Of a DNA stretch of 64,000 nt, positions 1 to 7,228 are shown piece by piece (position 1 is the stretch's first letter; every line of letters begins with the position of its first letter). A program made the position numbers and the translations under genes. The DNA lies in the NCBI GenBank assembly GCA_016933415.1, contig JAFGAX010000024.1:6861-70860 (forward strand), given 5' to 3'. Origin of the DNA: a bacterium. GTDB lineage: Bacteria > Zhuqueibacterota > QNDG01 > DTFT01. The notes beneath the pieces are model-generated. The model was not told the DNA's origin, did not search any database, and saw only the letters and a list, made by a program, of their open reading frames with translations.

Positions 1-116
1 GAATGTTACGACAGGCAGAGAAGAATGTCAATAGCCGTGTCTGGAGAGCAATGGAACGCGGACGCCGCGCCGCATGAACGCATCCGGTCCGGGCCTACAC
101 GGAGAGGGCGGCGCGC

Positions 117-326
117 CGACACGGATGAAGCGGATGGACGCGGATATAAGGAATGGGGACACGGATTGAACGGATACTTTGCGGATCGGAGCGGATAAAA
201 AGAAATGGGGAATAGGGTAATTGGTTCCTCCAGATGAGGCGGTTGACCCGGCTTTCGGTCAGGATGACGGCTCCCGTAAAAACCGGTTGCTGTTGGAGGA
301 AAAATTTTATAATTTCTTTTATCCGC
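117..326. repeat. Phased RCGGAT hexamer array with a distal inverted arm (intergenic word-repeat element)
   Basis: Seven direct RCGGAT copies start at 121, 130, 140, 161, 170, 181 and 191, spaced 9-11 bp with one 21-bp gap. The arm GCGGATAAAAAGAAAT (191-206) has a near-perfect inverted partner ATTTCTTTTATCCGC (312-326). The core GGGGAATAGGGTAA (207-220) resembles GGGGATAGAGGGTAA at 1572-1586. Confidence 0.6.
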
Positions 327-426
327 CAAGGGTTTATTAAACGACTGAAAATAAACGAACTATGTTTACTAAATCCACGCCTGACACACAGGCGCGGAAC
401 CATCCGTTTCCCGAGAGGAAAACCCA

Positions 427-1506
427 ATGAAACTCGATCTCCGTCCGAACAGCCGGTATGCATTGCTTGTCCCGTCCAGCATGGGTGTGCGGATCACGCC
501 GGAGAACGGCCAGCCCGTGCATTGCAGTACGAACTTCCTGATGCAGGCCACCAGCGCAGAGACCAATGTTGCGAGCATCTCCTCCTTCCTGGGGCTCCGC
601 GTGAAAGTGCTGACCGCTTTGGTCAAGGGAAGCCCGATCGCACGTCTGATCCGGGATGATCTGGCGAGGCGGCACATGGATGTTGAAGCGAAGGAAGTCG
701 ACCAGGGCGGGCCCTGGGGATACCGGCACCAGTTCAACATCGCGGACAGCGGTACCGGTTCACGCGGACCCCGGGTACACAACGACAGGGCAGGAGAAGT
801 GGGGCGCACGCTGAACGCGAAGGATTTCGATCTCGACCGCATTTTCGGTTCAGAGGGCGTGCAGGTGCTCCATTTGTCCGGTCTGATCGCGGCGTTATCG
901 CCGGAAACAGGGCGGTTCTGCCTGGAACTCAGCCAGGCGGCGAAAAAACACGGCACCCGCATTTCCTTTGACCTGAATTACCGCGCCTCCTTCTGGAAGG
1001 ACCGCCGGGACGAACTCCGCGATGTATTTCACAGGATCGCGGACAGCGCGGATATCCTGGTCGGAAACGAGGAGGATTTCCAGCTGGCACTGGGTATCGA
1101 GGGGCCGGAGGCGGGCGGAAAGGGCCTGGCCGGCAAGATCGACGGCTTTAAGGCGATGATCGGCCGCGTCCGCAAGGCCTACCCGTCCGCGTCTGTGTTC
1201 GCCACCACGTTGCGCGAGGTCGTGAACGTCAACCTGCACCGGTGGGGAGCCCTTCTTTCGGCTGGCGATGCCTGGCATCAGATCGAACCCAGGGAAATCA
1301 CGGTGCTGGACCGGATCGGCGGCGGGGACGGCTTCGTGGGCGGGCTCCTGTATGCCGCGCTGAAGGGGTGGGAGCCGGAGAAATGGGCGCAGTTCGGATG
1401 GGCCAGCGGCGCGCTCGCCACGACTCTGCTGACCGACTACGGCCAGCCCGCGGACGAAGAGGAGATCTGGAGTATCTGGCAGGGCAACGCGCGGGTGCGG
1501 CGTTGA
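427..1506 (+). CDS. PfkB/ribokinase-family sugar kinase (2-keto-3-deoxygluconate-kinase-like)
   Basis: 359-aa ORF with the PfkB C-terminal signature DRIGGGDGFVGGLLYAAL. The ATG is preceded by GAGGAA. The exact substrate cannot be read from sequence. Confidence 0.8.
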   Translation: MKLDLRPNSRYALLVPSSMGVRITPENGQPVHCSTNFLMQATSAETNVASISSFLGLRVKVLTALVKGSPIARLIRDDLARRHMDVEAKEVDQGGPWGYRHQFNIADSGTGSRGPRVHNDRAGEVGRTLNAKDFDLDRIFGSEGVQVLHLSGLIAALSPETGRFCLELSQAAKKHGTRISFDLNYRASFWKDRRDELRDVFHRIADSADILVGNEEDFQLALGIEGPEAGGKGLAGKIDGFKAMIGRVRKAYPSASVFATTLREVVNVNLHRWGALLSAGDAWHQIEPREITVLDRIGGGDGFVGGLLYAALKGWEPEKWAQFGWASGALATTLLTDYGQPADEEEIWSIWQGNARVRR

Positions 1507-1514
1507 TTTTTTTT
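1485..1514 (+). terminator. Putative intrinsic terminator of the kinase gene
   Basis: 6-bp stem CAACGC (1485-1490) / GCGTTG (1500-1505) with a 9-nt loop, then A plus T8 (1507-1514). It overlaps the stop codon. Confidence 0.5.
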
Positions 1515-1533
1515 AGGGTTTTAATGAAGAGAG

Positions 1534-1700
1534 ATCACCACGGAAAATACACGGAGGCACACGGAAGAAGCGGGGATAGAGGGTAAAGCATTCATTTTAA
1601 TCCCGGCATACTTCGGCAGCAGGAGAGATGATAATCAACGAATAACCCTATTCAAAACTCATTTTCCGTGTGACTCAGTGACTGTTTCCGTGGTGTTCAT
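1534..1700. repeat. ~167-bp imperfect palindromic MITE-like element built from CACGGA words
   Basis: The left arm ATCACCACGGAAAATACACGGAGGCACACGGAAG has ACGGA at 1540, 1551 and 1561. The right arm CATTTTCCGTGTGACTCAGTGACTGTTTCCGTGGTGTTCAT (ending at 1700) is its imperfect reverse complement. An inner inverted pair is GATAGAGGGTAA (1576-1587) / AACCCTATTC (1644-1653). Confidence 0.6.
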
Positions 1701-1774
1701 TTTAAAAAAGGAAAAATCACCTGAGCAGTAAACACCCCGTTTAAATCCTCACCCCCAATTCGGGAGGACGCGCC

Positions 1775-3478
1775 ATGCGACGCCTGATCCTCTCGACTTG
1801 TCTGTTCCTGCCCCTCTGCACCGCCCCCGCGCAAGTCGTGATCTCCGAAGTGATGTTCGATCCGGCCGGGCCGGAAAACACGGATGAATTCGTCGAGCTG
1901 TTCAATGTCAGCCCGTCGGACACGGTCCGGCTCGAAGGGTGGGGCCTGGGAGACGGCACCGCTTCGGATCTCCTGTCGGACGCGGGCGCCGGAACCGGGA
2001 CGGCCCTCGGCCCGCGCGGGTATGCGGTCGTGCTTGATCCGGATTATTTCGCATCCTCAGCCGCCTATGATTCTCTGATCCCGGAAACCGCGCTCGTGCT
2101 GACCGTAGCCGGAGCGACTCTGGGCAGCGCAGGGCTGTCAAATTCAAAGCCCGAAACGGTTACTCTGTACAGGCCGGACGGCCGCATCGAGGATGCGGTC
2201 TCCTGCTCCATGGGGAATGTCCCGGGGCATTCGGACGAACGGATTGATCCGGACGGGCCGAGTTCGGGTGATAACTGGGGGGATAGCCGTTTTTTACTCG
2301 GTTCCCCCGGATTCCGCAACAGCGTTACGAGGCCTGTTCTCAATCTCAGCGTCACAGGATTGTCCCTGGCGATGGAAGGAGGATCGCTGTTTCTGGCCGC
2401 GGCAGTCGTGAACAACGGCCTGACTGCAAGCGGTCCGTTTGACCTGCGGTTCTTCATCGACGCGGATCTCGATTCCGCGCTCGAGGAGGAAGAGGCTCTG
2501 CCGCAGACTTTCCGGAATCCGGGGCTGGCGCCAGGCGATTCCGCGGCATACCGGACCGCGGCGGAACCGCGGGCCGGCATTGGACGGGCAGCGGCGGCAT
2601 TGATGTCCTGGGCGGACGGGGATCCTGAGGATGACGTGAAATTCCTGGATTTTTCCATCTCTTATGAAAAAGGATGCGTGCGAATCAGTGAAATCATGTA
2701 CGATCCGTTTCCGGGAGAAAGCGAATGGGTGGAACTGGTCAATGCCGGGAATGACCCCGTCGATTTGCGGGAATGGAGATTTGCCGATTCCGATACGACG
2801 TCCAGGAGTCTCATGACGAACGAGCCTTTCACTCTGGGCCCCGGCGGTTACGCTGTTTTGGCCGCTGGTGCTTCATTCCTGACGATGCATCCGGAGGCCG
2901 GGTCTTTCAGTTTGATCCCGGACCGTTTTCCGAACCTGAATGATGACTCGGACGGAGTGTGTGTGTATGATCCGTCCGGGATTGAAATCGACCGAATGCG
3001 ATACGCGTCCGGACCGGATAAACGGGAGGGGATATCCCTCGAACGCATCCGGATACACGGACGTTCGGATGATTTCGATAACTGGCATCCAAGCCTTTCG
3101 CCTGCCGGGTCAACACCCGGCCTGCCGAACAGCCTGATCCATGAGGGAGTATCCTCTGAATCCTGCTTCCGCGCTTCACCCAATCCTTTTTCTCCGGACG
3201 GGGATGGAATGGATGAAGCCATTTTCCTGGAATATTCCATGTCGAAAGCGAATAATCGTGTCCGATTGCGAATTTACGATCTGGCCGGAAGACTGATCCG
3301 CACCCTGAAAAATGGAGAAGAGGAAGAACAAACGGGTTTTGCGCTCTGGGACGGTCAGGATGAAGATGGTCATCACGCGGTGATCGGCCGTTACATCGCT
3401 GTGCTGGAATCGGTTCCGGTCAGGGGCAGGGGCATGACGGTCCATTGCCTGGTAATCGTTCTTGCAGGCAGACTGTGA
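1775..3478 (+). CDS. Secreted surface protein: LTD - CARDB-like - LTD - C-terminal FlgD-Ig/T9SS-like sorting domain
   Basis: Signal peptide MRRLILSTCLFLPLCTAPAQ. Two lamin-tail-domain-like segments (VVISEVMFDPAG..DEFVELFN and VRISEIMYDPFPGESEWVELVN). The C-terminus is NPFSPDGDGMDE...LRIYDLAGRLIRTL. Confidence 0.7.
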   Translation: MRRLILSTCLFLPLCTAPAQVVISEVMFDPAGPENTDEFVELFNVSPSDTVRLEGWGLGDGTASDLLSDAGAGTGTALGPRGYAVVLDPDYFASSAAYDSLIPETALVLTVAGATLGSAGLSNSKPETVTLYRPDGRIEDAVSCSMGNVPGHSDERIDPDGPSSGDNWGDSRFLLGSPGFRNSVTRPVLNLSVTGLSLAMEGGSLFLAAAVVNNGLTASGPFDLRFFIDADLDSALEEEEALPQTFRNPGLAPGDSAAYRTAAEPRAGIGRAAAALMSWADGDPEDDVKFLDFSISYEKGCVRISEIMYDPFPGESEWVELVNAGNDPVDLREWRFADSDTTSRSLMTNEPFTLGPGGYAVLAAGASFLTMHPEAGSFSLIPDRFPNLNDDSDGVCVYDPSGIEIDRMRYASGPDKREGISLERIRIHGRSDDFDNWHPSLSPAGSTPGLPNSLIHEGVSSESCFRASPNPFSPDGDGMDEAIFLEYSMSKANNRVRLRIYDLAGRLIRTLKNGEEEEQTGFALWDGQDEDGHHAVIGRYIAVLESVPVRGRGMTVHCLVIVLAGRL

Positions 3479-3526
3479 ACCTGCCGCAACGCTGAAAAAC
3501 AGGGAAGGAGTCACTTTCCGGCCAGT

Positions 3527-3546
3527 TTCTCCACAGGTTTTCCACA
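3527..3546 (+). promoter_or_regulatory. Two adjacent one-mismatch DnaA-box-like 9-mers
   Basis: TTCTCCACA (3527-3535) and TTTTCCACA (3538-3546) compared with the consensus TTATCCACA. Function is not established. Confidence 0.3.
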
Positions 3547-3801
3547 TGGGCGATTTGAAAAAGCCGTTATTTCAGGCCGAAACAGGATTCTATGTACGCT
3601 ATTGTATTTTTATAGTATAAAAAGCAAAATTCATATATAATCGGAAAAAAATAAATGCCGCAACAGATTGTTATAATTATAATTATGCGTTAAGGCTTTT
3701 TATTGTGCTGAAAATTTCAATCTTTTGTTTTAAAACAAGATAGAATTACGAAATCCAATAAAACCGGGAATATTTTCGTGATTTTCGGATTATTTCACAA
3801 G

Positions 3802-3810
3802 TTATCCACA
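3802..3810 (+). promoter_or_regulatory. Perfect DnaA-box consensus
   Basis: TTATCCACA at 3802-3810, in the same orientation as the two degenerate boxes at 3527-3546. Confidence 0.35.
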
Positions 3811-3841
3811 CTAAGACCCTGTTTTTCAGCCTAAAAACCTC

Positions 3842-3870
3842 TTGCTTTGCCATAGAGAATTGTCTATATT
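3842..3870 (+). promoter_or_regulatory. Sigma-70-like promoter for rpsU
   Basis: TTGCTT (3842-3847), a 17-nt spacer, then TATATT (3865-3870), about 45 nt upstream of the rpsU ATG. Confidence 0.5.
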
Positions 3871-3914
3871 AAGCCGGACTGAAAAATAAAAAGGAAGGAG
3901 GGGTTGAGTCTTTT

Positions 3915-4112
3915 ATGCCGGCAGTAAGACTTCGAGATGGCGAGTCCTTTGAAAAGGCATTCAGACGCTTCACGAAACAATGTGAAAAAGCCGGTTTGAT
4001 GTCTGACATTAAAAAGCATCAGCATTACGAGAAGCCCAGCGAACGGAAAAAGCGTAAAATGAATGCGGCGAAGCGCAAGATGCGCAAGTTGCAGCATCTA
4101 TTCGAGCAGTGA
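3915..4112 (+). CDS. rpsU: 30S ribosomal protein S21
   Basis: 65-aa basic protein, MPAVRLRDGESFEKAFRRFTKQCEKAGL...KPSERKKRK, typical of S21. GGAGGG Shine-Dalgarno upstream. Confidence 0.95.
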   Translation: MPAVRLRDGESFEKAFRRFTKQCEKAGLMSDIKKHQHYEKPSERKKRKMNAAKRKMRKLQHLFEQ

Positions 4113-4243
4113 GGTTTCTCCCGCTGAACATCAACCCCTTCGACCGGACGGACGGCCGACACCGGTCACGACAGCAGCCAGTAAATGGCCATTGAGAAAA
4201 CCGGCCGGAACACCGGTTCCGGTCTTTGATCGGCAGATTGAAA

Positions 4244-4275
4244 GGTCCTGGGCAGGTGACACCAGGACCTTTTTT
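4244..4275 (+). terminator. Intrinsic terminator downstream of rpsU
   Basis: Stem GGTCCTGG (4244-4251) / CCAGGACC (4262-4269) with a 10-nt loop, followed by T6 (4270-4275). Confidence 0.75.
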
Positions 4276-4290
4276 ATATTTCGGAGGATC

Positions 4291-4881
4291 ATGAACGGAA
4301 TCGACATCCTTCTTCTCGTTGTCGTGGCCGCTTGTATCCTGCGGGGTTTTTTCCGCGGCGTCTGGCCGGAAGTGCTGGACATGGCGGTCTGGGTGACCGC
4401 CGTCATTCTTTCGGTCTGGTTCGTGAATGCGCCCGCGGAATGGATATCCCGGACCGTGCACCTTCCCGCCTCTTTGTCCGTGCTGGTCGTGTTTCTGGTC
4501 CTGCACGGCCTGATCAAGGGTCTGCTCGGCGCGGGCATCCGGTTCATCGTCGCCACAGGGAAGACGTCCTTCGGCCAGAGGCTTTCGGGCATGGCGGCCG
4601 GTCTGATACGGGGTGTTTTCGCGGCCGGCATATTCGCTTTTCTGATTTTCAATTTCACGGCCATCCGCAAACCGAATTGGGAAAAGGAGAAATCCGTTCT
4701 GATCCGGCCGTTCAGCCGGGTGGCGCCGGCGCTCTACGGTTCATTCACGGCCGTCGTTCGCGGAAGCCGGCCGGTTTTTGAGCGGATGAAGGAGGGTTTC
4801 ATCTGGTGCGCGGACCGCGTCGAAGACTGGGGCGGCCCGAGCCTGAACCCGGGCGCGGAAGATGAGCGTTCCGGGGCTTGA
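4291..4881 (+). CDS. cvpA: CvpA-family membrane protein
   Basis: In-frame ATG at 4291 downstream of the terminator. The N-terminus MNGIDILLLVVVAACILRGFFRGVWPE and four hydrophobic segments are typical of the CvpA family. The track ORF start at 4063 is an upstream read-through. Confidence 0.75.
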   Translation: MNGIDILLLVVVAACILRGFFRGVWPEVLDMAVWVTAVILSVWFVNAPAEWISRTVHLPASLSVLVVFLVLHGLIKGLLGAGIRFIVATGKTSFGQRLSGMAAGLIRGVFAAGIFAFLIFNFTAIRKPNWEKEKSVLIRPFSRVAPALYGSFTAVVRGSRPVFERMKEGFIWCADRVEDWGGPSLNPGAEDERSGA

Positions 4882-7228
4882 GAACGCGGGCCGCGTCCTC
4901 GAACTGGACAGCGTGCTCGAACAGATCCGGCGTTTCGCGGTCTCAGAACCCGGAGGCCGCCGCGTCACGGACCTGCCTTTTCTCACCGATTCCAGCATCC
5001 TCTCCGAGGCGCTTCAAGCGGTCACGGAAATGCGGGACCTGCTCCGATACGACGACTCTTTTCCGCTTCTTCCTTTTCCGGATCTCGACCTGCAGCTGAA
5101 AAAGATTCGCGTGCAGGGCGCCCGGCTCACCGGGCCTGAACTCATTCAGGTGCTGGATTGCATTTCGACGGGCCGCAGAGTCCGGCGTTTCGTGCTGTCC
5201 CGCAGGGAGAAAGTTCCCCTGCTTTCCGGAATCGCTGATTCCATTGTCAGTCTTGAACATCTTGAAAAGAAGATCGGTTCCTGCCTCGAACCCACGGGGG
5301 AGGTGCGCGACTCCGCCTCCCCGGAACTCGGCCGCATCCGGCGCGAAATGTCCAGGCAGAGGGACGCCATACGGAAACGGCTTGAGCATCATCTGGCCGC
5401 CATGGTCAGGGCCGGTTACGCGCAGGAAGAATCCCTGACGCTCCGTGACGGCCGGCTCGTCATCCCCATGAAGGACGCCCATCAGGCCAGGCTGAAGGGC
5501 GTTGTGGTGGACCAGAGCGCGAGCGGGGCGACGGTGTTCATGGAACCGATCGAGACACTCGAACAGGGCAATGCGCTCCGCAGGCTCGAACTTTCGGAAA
5601 AGCAGGAGATCGAACGCATCCTGGCTGAACTGACAAGCCGCGTCACGGAGGAAAGCGCGGCTGTGGCCGCGGATCTGGAAGCGCTCACCGAGCTGGACGG
5701 GCTCGCGGCCCGTGCCCGGTATTCGATTTCCGTGAACGGCAACCCCGCGCGCCCGTCCGACGACCGGGCCGTTTCCATCCGACAGGCCCGTCACCCCCTG
5801 CTCCTGGTGAAACACAAACCGGAGGAGGTCGTTCCCCTGTCCATGACGCTCGGCCACGGCGTCCGGACCCTGGTGATCACGGGCCCCAATGCCGGCGGCA
5901 AGACCGTGGCCCTGAAAACGATCGGCCTTCTCGCGCTCATGAACCAGCATGGCCTTCATGTGCCGGCGGCCGACGATACCCGAATGCCGGTGTTCGACTC
6001 GGTCTTCGCCGACATCGGCGACCGGCAGTCCATCGAGGAGGATCTTTCCACGTTCTCGTCCCATATCCGCAATCTCGCATCCATTCTTGAAAATGCGGGA
6101 CCGGAAAGCCTGGTGCTTCTCGATGAAATCGGATCGGCCACCGACCCGGCGGAAGGCGGCGCTCTGGCCATGGGCATACTGAAAACCCTCACGGAGAGAC
6201 GTGCCGTGACCGTGGCCACCACCCACATCGGGCTCCTGAAAGTGTTCGCGCACGACACGGCCGGCGTGGAGAACGGGTCCATGGCCTTCGACCAGGAAAC
6301 GCTCAAGCCGTCTTACCGTTTTCAGCCGGGCATTCCGGGTTCGTCCTACGCGTTCGAAATCGCGGAGCGCTACGGATTCCGGGAGGATGTTCTCGGACAG
6401 GCCCGGTCCTACATGGGAGAGGAGCGTGGAAAACTGGACCGGCTCGTGTCCGATCTCGAGGGCAGGCTGAAGGAGGCCGAGGCCCTGCACCGCGAGGCGT
6501 CGACCCGGGAACAGGAAGCGAATGCCCTGGCGGCATTGTACGAATCGGAGCTCGAAAAACTTCGTCAAGAGGCGGAGGATCGCAAGCGGTCCATGCTCGG
6601 AGAAGCGGAGGACCTGCTGGCCGAGGCGAGCGTTTTAAAGGAGCGGGTGCTGAAGGAAATCCGCGAAACGCGGGGCGATCCGGAAGCGGCCCGGATGCTC
6701 CACAAGGAAATCGAATCGAAAAGGCAGCGTGCGGCGGAGCTGAAAAGGGCCGCGGCGCCGGTCCCCCCGGCCGTGAAAAAGCCCGCTGTTCAGGGGGGCT
6801 GGGCCGTGTGGCGCGGACACCATGGCGCGGGCCGCGTCGTCTCGGCTCCGGACCGGAACGGACGCGTGCTCATGGAATGGAACGACATCCGGATCCGCGT
6901 TCCGGCGGGGGAACTGGAGGGGGTCGCGGAACCGCGCCGGGCGGCCGCCGCGGCGGGACTGATCCGGCTGGAGGTGGATCGGCCGTCGAGCGGTGAAATC
7001 GACCTGCGGGGCATGACCGCGGATGAGGCGCTCGGCCTCCTCGATCGCCGGCTGCCGGACGCGGTTTCAGCCGGATTCACGGGCTGCCGCATCATTCACG
7101 GCAAGGGAACCGGCGTGCTCCGCCGGGAAGTGCGCAAATATCTCGACACGCATCCCCTCATCCGAGGTCACCGCCTCGGGGGATGGACGGAAGGCGACAC
7201 GGGCGTGACCATCGTGGAATTCAAATGA
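4862..7228 (+). CDS. mutS2: Endonuclease MutS2 (MutS ATPase + C-terminal Smr domain)
   Basis: 788 aa with Walker A GPNAGGKTV, DEIGSATDP, a coiled-coil linker and a C-terminal Smr domain (IDLRGMTADEA...IIHGKGTGVLRREV). Confidence 0.93.
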   Translation: MSVPGLENAGRVLELDSVLEQIRRFAVSEPGGRRVTDLPFLTDSSILSEALQAVTEMRDLLRYDDSFPLLPFPDLDLQLKKIRVQGARLTGPELIQVLDCISTGRRVRRFVLSRREKVPLLSGIADSIVSLEHLEKKIGSCLEPTGEVRDSASPELGRIRREMSRQRDAIRKRLEHHLAAMVRAGYAQEESLTLRDGRLVIPMKDAHQARLKGVVVDQSASGATVFMEPIETLEQGNALRRLELSEKQEIERILAELTSRVTEESAAVAADLEALTELDGLAARARYSISVNGNPARPSDDRAVSIRQARHPLLLVKHKPEEVVPLSMTLGHGVRTLVITGPNAGGKTVALKTIGLLALMNQHGLHVPAADDTRMPVFDSVFADIGDRQSIEEDLSTFSSHIRNLASILENAGPESLVLLDEIGSATDPAEGGALAMGILKTLTERRAVTVATTHIGLLKVFAHDTAGVENGSMAFDQETLKPSYRFQPGIPGSSYAFEIAERYGFREDVLGQARSYMGEERGKLDRLVSDLEGRLKEAEALHREASTREQEANALAALYESELEKLRQEAEDRKRSMLGEAEDLLAEASVLKERVLKEIRETRGDPEAARMLHKEIESKRQRAAELKRAAAPVPPAVKKPAVQGGWAVWRGHHGAGRVVSAPDRNGRVLMEWNDIRIRVPAGELEGVAEPRRAAAAAGLIRLEVDRPSSGEIDLRGMTADEALGLLDRRLPDAVSAGFTGCRIIHGKGTGVLRREVRKYLDTHPLIRGHRLGGWTEGDTGVTIVEFK

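Larger units (their letters stand above)
3491..3830. repeat. AT-rich island bounded by a perfect 14-bp inverted repeat
   Basis: GCTGAAAAACAGGG (3491-3504) and its exact reverse complement CCCTGTTTTTCAGC (3817-3830) flank ~310 bp. This DNA is visibly far more AT-rich than the rest of the window. Confidence 0.7.

Noticed and set aside
234-962. Overlapping ORFs on both strands upstream of and over the kinase 5' end (234-659 +, 337-729 -, 369-962 -)
   Set aside because: They overlap the repeat element and the well-supported kinase gene. They have no SD or motifs, and their composition is typical of non-coding or shadow frames.
3655-3693. 12-codon mini-ORF MPQQIVIIIIMR that looks like an Ile/Val attenuation leader peptide
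   Set aside because: It has no Shine-Dalgarno and no terminator/antiterminator pair after it. The downstream gene is rpsU, not an ilv/leu gene. Ile codons are expected by chance in an AT-rich tract.
4943-6568. 541-aa - strand ORF opposite mutS2. The same class includes 17797-19878, 20804-22183, 24435-26207, 33570-35096, 45139-46800 and 59504-61102.
   Set aside because: All are antisense to well-supported + strand genes and have Arg/Gly/Pro/His-rich translations without recognisable domains. I treat them as GC-driven spurious ORFs.
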